Source of the DNA: a virus
Virus record (IMG/VR): IMGVR_UViG_3300047409_000266
Span: 1 to 64,000 of that record
Length of the DNA stretch: 64,000 bases
Reading direction: 5' to 3' (one strand)
The translations under genes and the position numbers were made by a program. The notes under the pieces were generated by a model. It searched no databases. It was given only the letters and a program-made list of their open reading frames with translations, and was not told where the DNA came from. Positions within the stretch are counted from its first letter, which is position 1. The number at the start of each line of letters is the position of its first letter. Of the stretch, positions 29,119 to 36,482 are shown in pieces.

Positions 29119-29940
29119 ATGAAGAAGCTTCTAATGGGACTGGGAGCCTTGCTCATGTTGAGCATCGGCGCGCAGGCTGCTGATCTAGGCAGCAGGCAAC
29201 GTGGCGTTGAAGCTCCCATTGTAACGGCACAGCCGGTCGCATTCACCGGTGTCTACATCGGCGCCTTCTGGGGCTACGGAACATCAAACGACAACAGCGC
29301 GTTATCGCAATATCTGTGTCCGGACTGCAGTTCCGGAAAACTGGACTATCTGAACAAATACTACACTGGAAATCTCGGCACGCTTCATCGTGACGGAATG
29401 CTCGTCGGTGCTCAACTTGGCTATGATTGGGCCATGTCGGAGCGCTGGCGCCTTGGCGTCCTCATTGATGGTGCATGGTCAAACATCCAAGGCTCCGGTG
29501 GTTGGACTGGTGAAAATACCCAGCTAACATCGAAGCTCACTTGGCTAGCTAACTTCGATGCGAAGATCGGCTATCTCATTACATCAGGGGCGCAAATCTA
29601 TGCGCTCGGCGGAATGAGCGTCGGCCAAGTCAAGGATAGTATCAGCACCTTCGGTGGAATTAACAACTTGGGCGGCTGCGTTGGCGTGGTTTGCACCGAT
29701 CAAGCCAATCAAAGTGCATCCAGCACCAAGGTTGGTTGGAACCTCGGCGCCGGCTTTGAAGCCGCTCTCGATGCGCGTCGGGCATGGTCGGTGTTCATCG
29801 ACTATCGCCACACATGGCTGCCAGACAGTGGCATCAACTTCGCTGGATACATCTGCGACAATCCTGCTACGGCGGTGTTGAAGCAGAAGAATGAATTCGA
29901 CGTTGTGAGAGTCGGTCTTAATTTCCATCCGTACAACTAA
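29119..29940 (+). CDS. Omp25/RopB-family outer-membrane beta-barrel protein
   Basis: signal peptide AQAADL, FTGVYIG..WGYG, GAQLGYDW, GWNLGAGFE, VRVGLNF. Confidence 0.85.
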   Translation: MKKLLMGLGALLMLSIGAQAADLGSRQRGVEAPIVTAQPVAFTGVYIGAFWGYGTSNDNSALSQYLCPDCSSGKLDYLNKYYTGNLGTLHRDGMLVGAQLGYDWAMSERWRLGVLIDGAWSNIQGSGGWTGENTQLTSKLTWLANFDAKIGYLITSGAQIYALGGMSVGQVKDSISTFGGINNLGGCVGVVCTDQANQSASSTKVGWNLGAGFEAALDARRAWSVFIDYRHTWLPDSGINFAGYICDNPATAVLKQKNEFDVVRVGLNFHPYN

Positions 29941-30035
29941 TGGACGGGACCACGATCGCGATCATTCTTGTGGTCGCGTTTAGCCTTTGGTCAGCGTTCT
30001 TTGGTTGGCTGTTGGCTACTAAGATCGACGACTAA
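29940..30035 (+). CDS. 31-aa single-TM peptide
   Basis: MDGTTIAIILVVAFSLWSAFFGWLLATKIDD*, start overlaps previous stop. Confidence 0.4.
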   Translation: MDGTTIAIILVVAFSLWSAFFGWLLATKIDD

Positions 30036-30060
30036 TCGTAATCGTCGGAAGATATTGGGA

Positions 30061-30093
30061 GGAACCCTCGGCTTTGGCCGGGGGTTCTTTTTT
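30061..30093. terminator. terminator between convergent units
   Basis: GAACCCTCGGC..GCCGGGGGTTC followed by T6. Confidence 0.75.
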
Positions 30094-30099
30094 GTGGCC

Positions 30100-30288
30100 T
30101 TATTCCTCGTTGAGAATTTCACATAAAATGCGATACGCAGTTAGGTTGTCACTGTTATCCATTGCATTCACCGCAGCCAACATTGCCGCGCGCAGCCGAT
30201 CAATTTCCTTACTGCGCTCCATCGTCATTTCGAAGCCTACTTCGGCCATCACCTGATCTATGTTCACCTTATCGAGCGGGTCTGACAC
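30100..30288 (-). CDS. cassette ORF, hypothetical
   Basis: bounded by linker motifs. Confidence 0.6.
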   Translation of the reverse strand: MSDPLDKVNIDQVMAEVGFEMTMERSKEIDRLRAAMLAAVNAMDNSDNLTAYRILCEILNEE

Positions 30289-30297
30289 GATGGACCT

Positions 30298-30534
30298 TTA
30301 ACGCTTGTGTTCAGTTATCGTCGTTTTGCCGTATTGCGTGCTGGCAAGCCAATCTCTCCCGCACGACCCGCAAACATAGCTATGCGAGGTAATATTTGGG
30401 TCACCATTGTCCGTCCGGTTTCCCTTTTTGTCGTAAGTTGGCGTCCAGCCCATGCACGTTGAAGCGCCGCCGCGTGAGGAAATAGAGCAATCCTCGCGGG
30501 GGCAATCCTTCGTGATTTGCTGGATCGTGTTCAC
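30298..30534 (-). CDS. cassette ORF, Cys-rich zinc-ribbon-like
   Basis: CPREDC...CGSC; GTG start after linker. Confidence 0.6.
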   Translation of the reverse strand: MNTIQQITKDCPREDCSISSRGGASTCMGWTPTYDKKGNRTDNGDPNITSHSYVCGSCGRDWLASTQYGKTTITEHKR

Positions 30535-30541
30535 TTCGGGC

Positions 30542-30724
30542 CTATTCTTCTGTTTCAGATAGCGCGCGATCAATGGCTTCGCGGCTTATAGCTTTTAAAA
30601 GCGCCATGTTCACGACGCTCATCTTGGCAGCCATCCGTTTTGCAGCTTCATACGTTTTGTAGCGCCGATTAATTCTCTTACCTTCCGGCGTGTATCCTGA
30701 CAAATGGATTAGATCGTCAGACAT
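30542..30724 (-). CDS. cassette ORF, hypothetical
   Basis: bounded by linker motifs. Confidence 0.6.
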   Translation of the reverse strand: MSDDLIHLSGYTPEGKRINRRYKTYEAAKRMAAKMSVVNMALLKAISREAIDRALSETEE

Positions 30725-30732
30725 GCGGGCCT

Positions 30733-31050
30733 TTATCGTGGACTAGAGGTTGTACGATTTCTACCAGCCGCAAATGTCGCATCAATCACACATTTTGATT
30801 GAGCGCGGAATTTCATAAAGTGTGGCTCTCCGAGTGTGAATTTTTTGCGCAAATCTTTCCCATCGTGCAGATGTTCCAGTTCGTCGGGATCAAGGCCAGC
30901 CATCCGCGCTAAGGCTTTGGCACCAAAATCAACAAGGTAGTCATAGAAAGATTGCTCACAGCCCGCCACGGCGGCTTGCGAAGAACCTACGGCTAACGTG
31001 GACGGAGAGCGTAGACCGTCGAGGGTTCCTGCTGTGAGCTTCGGCATCAT
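30733..31050 (-). CDS. cassette ORF, hypothetical
   Basis: bounded by linker motifs. Confidence 0.55.
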   Translation of the reverse strand: MMPKLTAGTLDGLRSPSTLAVGSSQAAVAGCEQSFYDYLVDFGAKALARMAGLDPDELEHLHDGKDLRKKFTLGEPHFMKFRAQSKCVIDATFAAGRNRTTSSPR

Positions 31051-31062
31051 TGCAGCGGGCCT

Positions 31063-31263
31063 TTATCGTTTGCGTTTGCGAATGGGTTTTTCGGGTTCGA
31101 TTTGGTCGTGCCCGACAAGTGCATTCCAGACTTGTTCGATGACAGCATCGGCGTTGCCATTTTCAATATCCATTCCAATCTCACGCCGCAGCGCCGCCCG
31201 TGCTTTGGCTCGCAGCCTGTTGGGCATTTCGCTGTAGAACGGAAGTGCGCTTGTGCGTGGCAT
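31063..31263 (-). CDS. cassette ORF, hypothetical
   Basis: bounded by linker motifs. Confidence 0.6.
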   Translation of the reverse strand: MPRTSALPFYSEMPNRLRAKARAALRREIGMDIENGNADAVIEQVWNALVGHDQIEPEKPIRKRKR

Positions 31264-31274
31264 TCGGGCCTTTC

Positions 31275-31589
31275 TCAGTCTCGTTTGTTAACGTCCATTT
31301 CATTGATCGTAGCGTAGTCGGCCAAATGCCAATCCCAGCACTCAAGCGGCTCCATCAGATGCGCGTTTGCCGCAAGAAATCCAGACTCGTTGAACTTATA
31401 ATCTCCGGCTTGCTCTGGGTTTTTGCGCAGCCATTCCTCTCGCAACGCTTCACAGTCGATTTCGGCCAGCGCTCGAAACACGCCGCACACCGAGTAATCG
31501 CTGTAGCATCCTGTCGTCACGGTAAAGAGCGCGCCCTTTGGAATTGGCACCAGCTTCTTTTCGGACGCTAGATTTGCAATGTTCACCAC
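31275..31589 (-). CDS. cassette ORF, hypothetical
   Basis: bounded by linker motifs. Confidence 0.6.
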   Translation of the reverse strand: MVNIANLASEKKLVPIPKGALFTVTTGCYSDYSVCGVFRALAEIDCEALREEWLRKNPEQAGDYKFNESGFLAANAHLMEPLECWDWHLADYATINEMDVNKRD

Positions 31590-31599
31590 GGTTCGGGCC

Positions 31600-31779
31600 T
31601 TAATCCTGGTTGAGAGCTTGCTGAATTTCAGTCTGTGAATGTCCTGCGCTCATCATGGCTACTAGCGCCACGCTGCGCAGCCTGTCGATCTCGTCGGCCG
31701 CTTCCTCCAATAGTTCCCAAATGCCGTCATCGTTGGCCTTTCGTGCCTTAGCTTCGGTGCGCAGGAACGTGTGATCCAC
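31600..31779 (-). CDS. cassette ORF (59 aa) with LLEEAADEIDRLR motif
   Basis: hand-translated; bounded by linker motifs. Confidence 0.6.
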   Translation of the reverse strand: MDHTFLRTEAKARKANDDGIWELLEEAADEIDRLRSVALVAMMSAGHSQTEIQQALNQD

Positions 31780-31797
31780 GATCGGGCCTTTAACGGG

Positions 31798-31959
31798 CTA
31801 GGGTTCTGATTTGGGTTTTTCGGGTGGCTCTTTCTCAAGCCACTTGATGCCTTGTTGTAGCGATCCGATCTGCACCTGATTGGGATGGCGCTTCATAAGT
31901 TCCTGCAAAAAACCGGGTCCGGTTCGCTTGTCTTCTGGCCAGTCATCGGGGAATGACAT
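31798..31959 (-). CDS. cassette ORF, hypothetical
   Basis: MSFPDDWPED..., GAGGA RBS, overlaps the upstream ORF. Confidence 0.5.
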   Translation of the reverse strand: MSFPDDWPEDKRTGPGFLQELMKRHPNQVQIGSLQQGIKWLEKEPPEKPKSEP

Positions 31960-32170
31960 CTGTGGTTTCCTCAAAAATAATGGCAAAGTCTGTCACGTTT
32001 GGATTATGTGGGTTACCACGTGCTCTTGCTGCCGTATTGTGATGTTGAACAACATTCCTTACCGCTCGTCGCGCCATTCGTTCGCTATTTTCAAAACTAT
32101 GTTCGTGCCATTGTCCGTCTCTTTCAAGGCGCTCTACGAGAAAATGGCTAGTGGTTGTCCTTTTACTCAT
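31943..32170 (-). CDS. cassette ORF, hypothetical
   Basis: follows degenerate linker AAAAGCTCG. Confidence 0.55.
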   Translation of the reverse strand: MSKRTTTSHFLVERLERDGQWHEHSFENSERMARRAVRNVVQHHNTAARARGNPHNPNVTDFAIIFEETTDVIPR

Positions 32171-32178
32171 TCGAGCTT

Positions 32179-32379
32179 TTATTTCGTGTTTTCGAAGGCG
32201 CGATGCGCCATTTGTTCAATTGCACACAGCGAATTTCGCAGAGATAGTTCGATTGCATTACGTGATGTTAGGTCGTTCTCCAACTCACCAATTCTTGCAC
32301 ATAAGGCACGCAATAATGGGCGACCTACCGCCTTGGTATTAAGTAGCTTTTGCGCGGCAAAAAGTGGGTCGTTCTTCAC
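32179..32379 (-). CDS. cassette ORF, hypothetical
   Basis: bounded by linker motifs. Confidence 0.55.
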   Translation of the reverse strand: MKNDPLFAAQKLLNTKAVGRPLLRALCARIGELENDLTSRNAIELSLRNSLCAIEQMAHRAFENTK

Positions 32380-32390
32380 TACGGGCCTTT

Positions 32391-32696
32391 CTACTGCCTA
32401 CTCGTTTGCATGAATTTCTCAAGACGCTCACGCTTGCGGTCGCGCCCTTCACGTATGGCTGTGGCCTGCACAAGGTAGGCATCCTGCGTCATCGAAATGA
32501 CTTGAGATACGTCACCAATTTCTAGGCCGAGACAGTAGGTGTTCGACATACCATCGTTTGGCCGGTTCTCTTTTCCGAACCGGATCAGCTTGCTCGCTGC
32601 CTGGATAACCTCGGCGCATTCCTCCATCAGGATCACAAGCAATTCGCGCTCGTAGTCCGTGAGCGTCACACCGTTGGGCTGGTAGCGTTCAGACAT
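32391..32696 (-). CDS. MazG-like nucleotide pyrophosphohydrolase
   Basis: ILMEECAEVIQAASKLIRFG...LEIGDV (EExxE...ExxD). Confidence 0.75.
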   Translation of the reverse strand: MSERYQPNGVTLTDYERELLVILMEECAEVIQAASKLIRFGKENRPNDGMSNTYCLGLEIGDVSQVISMTQDAYLVQATAIREGRDRKRERLEKFMQTSRQ

Positions 32697-32705
32697 GCGG
32701 GCCTT

Positions 32706-32927
32706 TCAGGCAGCGTGGTCGAGTAGGATTTGCGTGGCCTTGTTCTCAGCGTCGGCGCGAGACATGACGCGCTGGCCACCATCGCGGCCTGGGTAGCCCC
32801 AGGTTACATAGAACTCGCCCTTGCGGCCGACCGGGTAGAAAGCCGCGTAGGCTTCACCAGCTACGGCACGCCACATTTTACGGCCTTTGGCGGTTCCATC
32901 CGGCATTACGACTTGCTGAAATTGCAT
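32706..32927 (-). CDS. first ORF of left array, hypothetical
   Basis: AAGGAG RBS, MQFQQVV... Confidence 0.6.
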   Translation of the reverse strand: MQFQQVVMPDGTAKGRKMWRAVAGEAYAAFYPVGRKGEFYVTWGYPGRDGGQRVMSRADAENKATQILLDHAA

Positions 32928-32976
32928 GGCGGTTCTCCTTTGGGCCTTTCGAATTAATCCCACCAGTTCAGGCGGG

Positions 32977-33038
32977 TTTGTTCCAACGACTATTGACATA
33001 CGCCTCGGGTGAGTTTATGTCAATGCCTGTGGAACAAA
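32977..33038. promoter_or_regulatory. symmetric bidirectional sigma70-type promoter within an inverted repeat
   Basis: TTGACA-17nt-TATGTC on both strands; TTTGTTCCA/TGGAACAAA outer arms. Confidence 0.75.
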
Positions 33039-33061
33039 TTATTTTGGCATAGGCGCTGGGA

Positions 33062-33673
33062 ATGATTCGAACTTACATAAACGCCGCTTGCGGGGTTCCA
33101 GCCGCAGAACAGACGGCAATATGCCAAGGTAAGGGCATGGATCGGAATGTTGTTTACACGGATAGTCGGACCAGTTTTCCCAAGGAACGGGCGGCGCTAA
33201 TTAGTTCGCTGCGGGTCAATGGGAAGGGCGACACAGTACTGGTGTCTGATTTGGAAGCGCTGGCAATCAATAAAAAGGACTTGCGCGCGATCAGGGCAGC
33301 CTTGAAGGCCAAGGGGGCGACAATCCTTGAGGGCCGGACAAAACGGCGCTCCACGAACGCCGAACAGCTTGCAGACATGATCCAGGACGCCTTGGATCGA
33401 TGGTCCCACAAGGGGCGACGATGGTCCAATGAGAAGGTACAGGCCGAGGATGCCAGCAAAGGCGGCAAAGCGTTGGCTGAGACCCGTGCCGGGCGGAAGG
33501 TGCCCGATCGCAGGGCGCTCCAAATCTGGCTGGATGGTCGGCTAACCGCTGATGAGGCCGTGGACCGCATCAACGGTATTCCAGGCTACGAACTGAACTG
33601 GACTCGATCGACGGCCTACCGCGATCTTGGCAGGCGCAAGCTTAAGACTGGCCCGATCTCGGGCAGAAAATAG
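33062..33673 (+). CDS. serine resolvase/invertase homologue lacking catalytic residues, C-terminal HTH
   Basis: YINAA in place of YARVS; VYTD; GDTVLVSDLEALA in place of GDxxxVxxLDRLGR; LKAKGA; WTRSTAYRDL. Confidence 0.7.
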   Translation: MIRTYINAACGVPAAEQTAICQGKGMDRNVVYTDSRTSFPKERAALISSLRVNGKGDTVLVSDLEALAINKKDLRAIRAALKAKGATILEGRTKRRSTNAEQLADMIQDALDRWSHKGRRWSNEKVQAEDASKGGKALAETRAGRKVPDRRALQIWLDGRLTADEAVDRINGIPGYELNWTRSTAYRDLGRRKLKTGPISGRK

Positions 33674-33683
33674 GAGCCGAGCC

Positions 33684-33851
33684 GTGGGTTACGAACACCG
33701 CGAAGATTCACAGCAAATGGATTTCCGCAATGATCCAAAATCATGCGGGCATTGTTGGCGGTGCGGTGAGTTTCGTAGTTTGCGCTGTATCGAGCAGCAT
33801 GGGTGGCTATGCCGTCCTTGTATAAAAATTGACGAAGCCGAAAGCCGATAG
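33684..33851 (+). CDS. cassette ORF, Cys-rich
   Basis: CGHCWRC...CRPC; GTG after linker. Confidence 0.55.
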   Translation: MGYEHREDSQQMDFRNDPKSCGHCWRCGEFRSLRCIEQHGWLCRPCIKIDEAESR

Positions 33852-33861
33852 GGGCCGTTCT

Positions 33862-34104
33862 GTGAATGCCAAAACACCTTCATGCGTCATTGCAGATTGG
33901 CTCGCGCTCACCCGCGCCGGTCAGTGGACCCCAATGGAGGCTGCGCGGGAGGTCGTCGGTAGGTTGAAGTTAGAGGGCTACGCTATCGTTCCGAAGGAGC
34001 CGACCGAAGAAATGATTGACGCTGGCGAAATGGCCGTTGCTGACAATATCATCGAAGACACAGCACTCGAAACATATCGTGCAATGATCGGCACGATTAA
34101 ATAA
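33862..34104 (+). CDS. cassette ORF with VPKEPTEEM motif
   Basis: motif common in small phage proteins; bounded by linkers. Confidence 0.6.
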   Translation: MNAKTPSCVIADWLALTRAGQWTPMEAAREVVGRLKLEGYAIVPKEPTEEMIDAGEMAVADNIIEDTALETYRAMIGTIK

Positions 34105-34116
34105 AAGGAGCCGCGC

Positions 34117-34421
34117 ATGACTGACACGACCTGCCTAGATGAAATCATGCGCGTCTGGGATGACCTCATGGATTTGATTTTACCGTGCCGATGGAAACGA
34201 TTAGGAAATGGAAGAAGGCCGTGGCAGTAGAGCGTCTATTTGACTTGATGAATTTAATCTCTTGGGCCGAAGCTGAACTAGCGCGGGTAAAGAATCGAAC
34301 GCCGCTAAGGAACGCTGACGTGAACCGTGAACCAAAGAGTTGGTATTGCGATCAGTGCCACGTCGAAGTTTACGAACGGCGCTGTCCTCACTGTGGGAAG
34401 CTGGAAAAAGACAAGTCCTAG
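34117..34421 (+). pseudogene. cassette apparently frameshifted near 34175
   Basis: ATG 34117 frame stops early; a second frame (34185-34421) runs to the next linker with CDQC...CPHC. Confidence 0.4.
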
Positions 34422-34435
34422 AAAGGAGTCGACCC

Positions 34436-34519
34436 GTGATTGAGTTGACTCTTGTTCTCATCGCGCTGGCGCTCACAGTCTATTGCGGCTGGCATAAAAT
34501 GTTCGGGATGTGGAAGTAA
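34436..34519 (+). CDS. 27-aa TM micro-peptide
   Basis: VIELTLVLIALALTVYCGWHKMFGMWK*. Confidence 0.45.
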   Translation: MIELTLVLIALALTVYCGWHKMFGMWK

Positions 34520-34565
34520 GAGGACTCACTATGCCAAAATCGAAATGTTGTGAAGAAGCCGAGCG

Positions 34566-34670
34566 ATGAATTTTACGGGTTGGATACCGCCGGAGTTTTA
34601 CGTGATCGTCAGTCTCGCGGTATTGGTGCTGTTCTTCGGTGGCTATTTCGTTTGGTCTATAGTCCATTAA
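34566..34670 (+). CDS. 34-aa TM micro-peptide
   Basis: MNFTGWIPPEFYVIVSLAVLVLFFGGYFVWSIVH*. Confidence 0.5.
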   Translation: MNFTGWIPPEFYVIVSLAVLVLFFGGYFVWSIVH

Positions 34671-34682
34671 AGGAGCCGAGTC

Positions 34683-34823
34683 ATGATCAAATATGAAAAT
34701 CAGTACGGCGCGGAAATGGCATGGGCTAATTTTCACAAGCTGGTGTTTTACGGCACGGCTCGCTGGCCGTCTTACTGCTACTGGATTGTCCCCGGCACGA
34801 TCACTGATTTAGAACGAATGTGA
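34683..34823 (+). CDS. 46-aa cassette ORF
   Basis: exactly fills the interval between two linkers. Confidence 0.5.
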   Translation: MIKYENQYGAEMAWANFHKLVFYGTARWPSYCYWIVPGTITDLERM

Positions 34824-34835
34824 AGGGAGCCCGTG

Positions 34836-34988
34836 ATGGAGAAGGACATGCTGGAATTTTTGACGATCCAGGCCATCATGAATAATTACCGATGGACAAC
34901 TGCTCCTGAACGACAGGATAAGTTGGAACAGCGCGGGCTTCAGTTAGCTGAACTGCTCGCGCTCAGCATCGCCAACCGTGGCAGATAA
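34836..34988 (+). CDS. 50-aa cassette ORF
   Basis: exactly fills the interval between two linkers. Confidence 0.5.
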   Translation: MEKDMLEFLTIQAIMNNYRWTTAPERQDKLEQRGLQLAELLALSIANRGR

Positions 34989-35000
34989 AGGAGGCTTGGC

Positions 35001-35342
35001 GTGAGAATGTTCACGATCATGGTCGCGACGTATCGCATGGACAATGAGATTGTGGACGCGCGTACATTTGGCACGCCATATCTATGCGTCTGTATGCCGT
35101 GGGACATGATCGCATCACACGAAAGACAGGCGCACAAAAATCATAGTCAGACACTTGAGAGGCTTAATGAGCGCGGCGGACTTTCCGCGTGTGAGGCGCT
35201 GGCGGTTCTTGAGGATCGCGAATATCGGCGGATGCCGAAGGGTGCAGCCAACCACGAACTGTGTCGCAAGATTGCCGATTGGATAGACGAACAATGCGTT
35301 CCTGATCCTGCGAACGCTAATTCATCTCAGGCCCTTGCCTGA
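35001..35342 (+). CDS. cassette ORF, conserved-looking phage protein
   Basis: PWDMIASHERQAHKNHSQTLERLNERGGLSACEA. Confidence 0.65.
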   Translation: MRMFTIMVATYRMDNEIVDARTFGTPYLCVCMPWDMIASHERQAHKNHSQTLERLNERGGLSACEALAVLEDREYRRMPKGAANHELCRKIADWIDEQCVPDPANANSSQALA

Positions 35343-35355
35343 CGAAAGGAGCCCG

Positions 35356-35493
35356 ATGCGCAAAAAGCCGAAAACAAAGAAGCGGCGAAAGGAAAAGCGA
35401 TTGACCTGCTTTTGTACCGCCATCTGTTTTGGAAATGCAAAGCGCGGGCAAATCTGCAAGATGTATGATCCTAGAATTAAGTTGAACCATTAA
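35356..35493 (+). CDS. 45-aa basic Cys-containing ORF
   Basis: bounded by linkers. Confidence 0.45.
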   Translation: MRKKPKTKKRRKEKRLTCFCTAICFGNAKRGQICKMYDPRIKLNH

Positions 35494-35507
35494 AGGAGCG
35501 AGTTTGT

Positions 35508-35619
35508 GGCGGGGTAGTTCAAGTCTCTATAAGAACGGCTCATGCAACGACAAGGTAGCTAGCATACTACGTCGCCAAGATGAGCAGATCGCGGGTATGG
35601 AATCCCGCACCCGCAGCCA
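35508..35619 (+). ncRNA. tRNA-like RNA with extended anticodon arm and 3' CCA
   Basis: acceptor GGCGGGG/ACCCGCA-G-CCA, D stem GTTC/GAAC, GCTCA/TGAGC stem, variable AGATC, T stem GCGGG/CCCGC. Confidence 0.65.
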
Positions 35620-35637
35620 AATGAAAGGAGCCGCGTT

Positions 35638-35832
35638 GTGACCATCAGATGCGCCGACTGCGGCAAGTTCATTCCGACAACTCAGCTTGTGGACGACAGC
35701 GCGCGTTTCTTTTATCAACCCGATAGTGAATACGGCCATGAGATTTCGGAATGGACCTGTGCCGGTTGTGTTCAAAAAGAAAAACGACAGGCAGAAACCG
35801 AAGAACGTAAGCATCAGAATGAATTAGGATAG
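35638..35832 (+). CDS. cassette ORF, zinc-finger-like
   Basis: CADCGKF...CAGC. Confidence 0.6.
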   Translation: MTIRCADCGKFIPTTQLVDDSARFFYQPDSEYGHEISEWTCAGCVQKEKRQAETEERKHQNELG

Positions 35833-35881
35833 GAGGCCAAAATGTTTGGTGACGGTGGAACAGAATTCTGAAAGGGACGCT

Positions 35882-36067
35882 GTGACCGAGATTGAACGCT
35901 TGCGCCGCGCCCTGCAAAAGATTGCAGACTTGCCGGTGGAGAAATTTCCGGGGGCTAAGTTCGATCCGAACTTGCGCGCCAGACGTATTGCTATTGCAGC
36001 GCTAGGTGGCGACCCGGAAAGTGCAGACCATGAGAAGTTTTATTTGGTAAAAGGGACGCCATCATGA
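35882..36067 (+). CDS. cassette ORF
   Basis: EIERLRRALQKIA...IAIAAL motif. Confidence 0.55.
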   Translation: MTEIERLRRALQKIADLPVEKFPGAKFDPNLRARRIAIAALGGDPESADHEKFYLVKGTPS

Positions 36068-36156
36068 ACTTGATTAAGCCCGAAGTCTGGTCGCGATGTG
36101 ACGCTCAGTGTTATGGGCTATCGCGGCTTACTGGCTGGCGAGCCATTCAGAATTAA
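36064..36156 (+). CDS. 30-aa micro-ORF
   Basis: MNLIKPEVWS...RAIQN*, bounded by linkers. Confidence 0.4.
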   Translation: MNLIKPEVWSRCDAQCYGLSRLTGWRAIQN

Positions 36157-36165
36157 AGGGACGCT

Positions 36166-36246
36166 GTGACGCCATTTGAGGCAACTTTTGTTATGGTGGT
36201 GGGAACAGTTATTTTTCTCATCATTCTACACACAGGCAGAAGGTAG
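36166..36246 (+). CDS. 26-aa TM micro-peptide
   Basis: VTPFEATFVMVVGTVIFLIILHTGRR*. Confidence 0.45.
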   Translation: MTPFEATFVMVVGTVIFLIILHTGRR

Positions 36247-36255
36247 GAGCGAAAA

Positions 36256-36471
36256 ATGTATGACCTCTTAATGAGCAATGGAATCATGTTTGGTTTTGGC
36301 GGCATCGTGGGCTTTCTGATTGGTCAGAAAGTTACGAAGTGGCCAAGCGAGCAAGCAATGATGGACCGGTTAGTCATTGAAGCTACGCAACGCAGAATGC
36401 TCGGCGTCACTCAAAAAGACATTGAGCATAATATCGAAACCCGCGTTGAGGCTAATCTGAACAAAATCTGA
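36256..36471 (+). CDS. cassette ORF, N-terminal TM
   Basis: AGGAG RBS; ends in linker. Confidence 0.55.
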   Translation: MYDLLMSNGIMFGFGGIVGFLIGQKVTKWPSEQAMMDRLVIEATQRRMLGVTQKDIEHNIETRVEANLNKI

Positions 36472-36482
36472 AAGGGACGCAA

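Larger units (their letters stand above)
30095..32950 (-). repeat. left array linker motif (stop)AAAGGCCCG, 12 copies including degenerate ones
   Basis: plus-strand CGGGCCTTT or variant at 30095, 30291, 30537, 30726, 31056, 31265, 31594, 31783, 32172, 32382, 32698, 32942. Confidence 0.85.
33671..35838 (+). repeat. right array linker motif type B (stop)AAAGGAGCCG, about 12 copies
   Basis: copies or variants at 33671, 33849, 34102, 34419, 34551, 34668, 34821, 34986, 35345, 35491, 35622, 35830. Confidence 0.75.

Noticed and set aside
32928-32999. N-terminal extension of ORF 32706..32999
   Set aside because: Overlaps the promoter palindrome; better RBS at ATG 32927
33993-34002. Extra type B linker GAAGGAGCCG
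   Set aside because: Lies inside an ORF encoding the K-E-P of VPKEPTEEM, with no stop/start context
35508-35619. Canonical functional tRNA with an assignable anticodon
   Set aside because: No 7-nt anticodon loop, non-canonical D and T loops, two acceptor mismatches; kept as tRNA-like only
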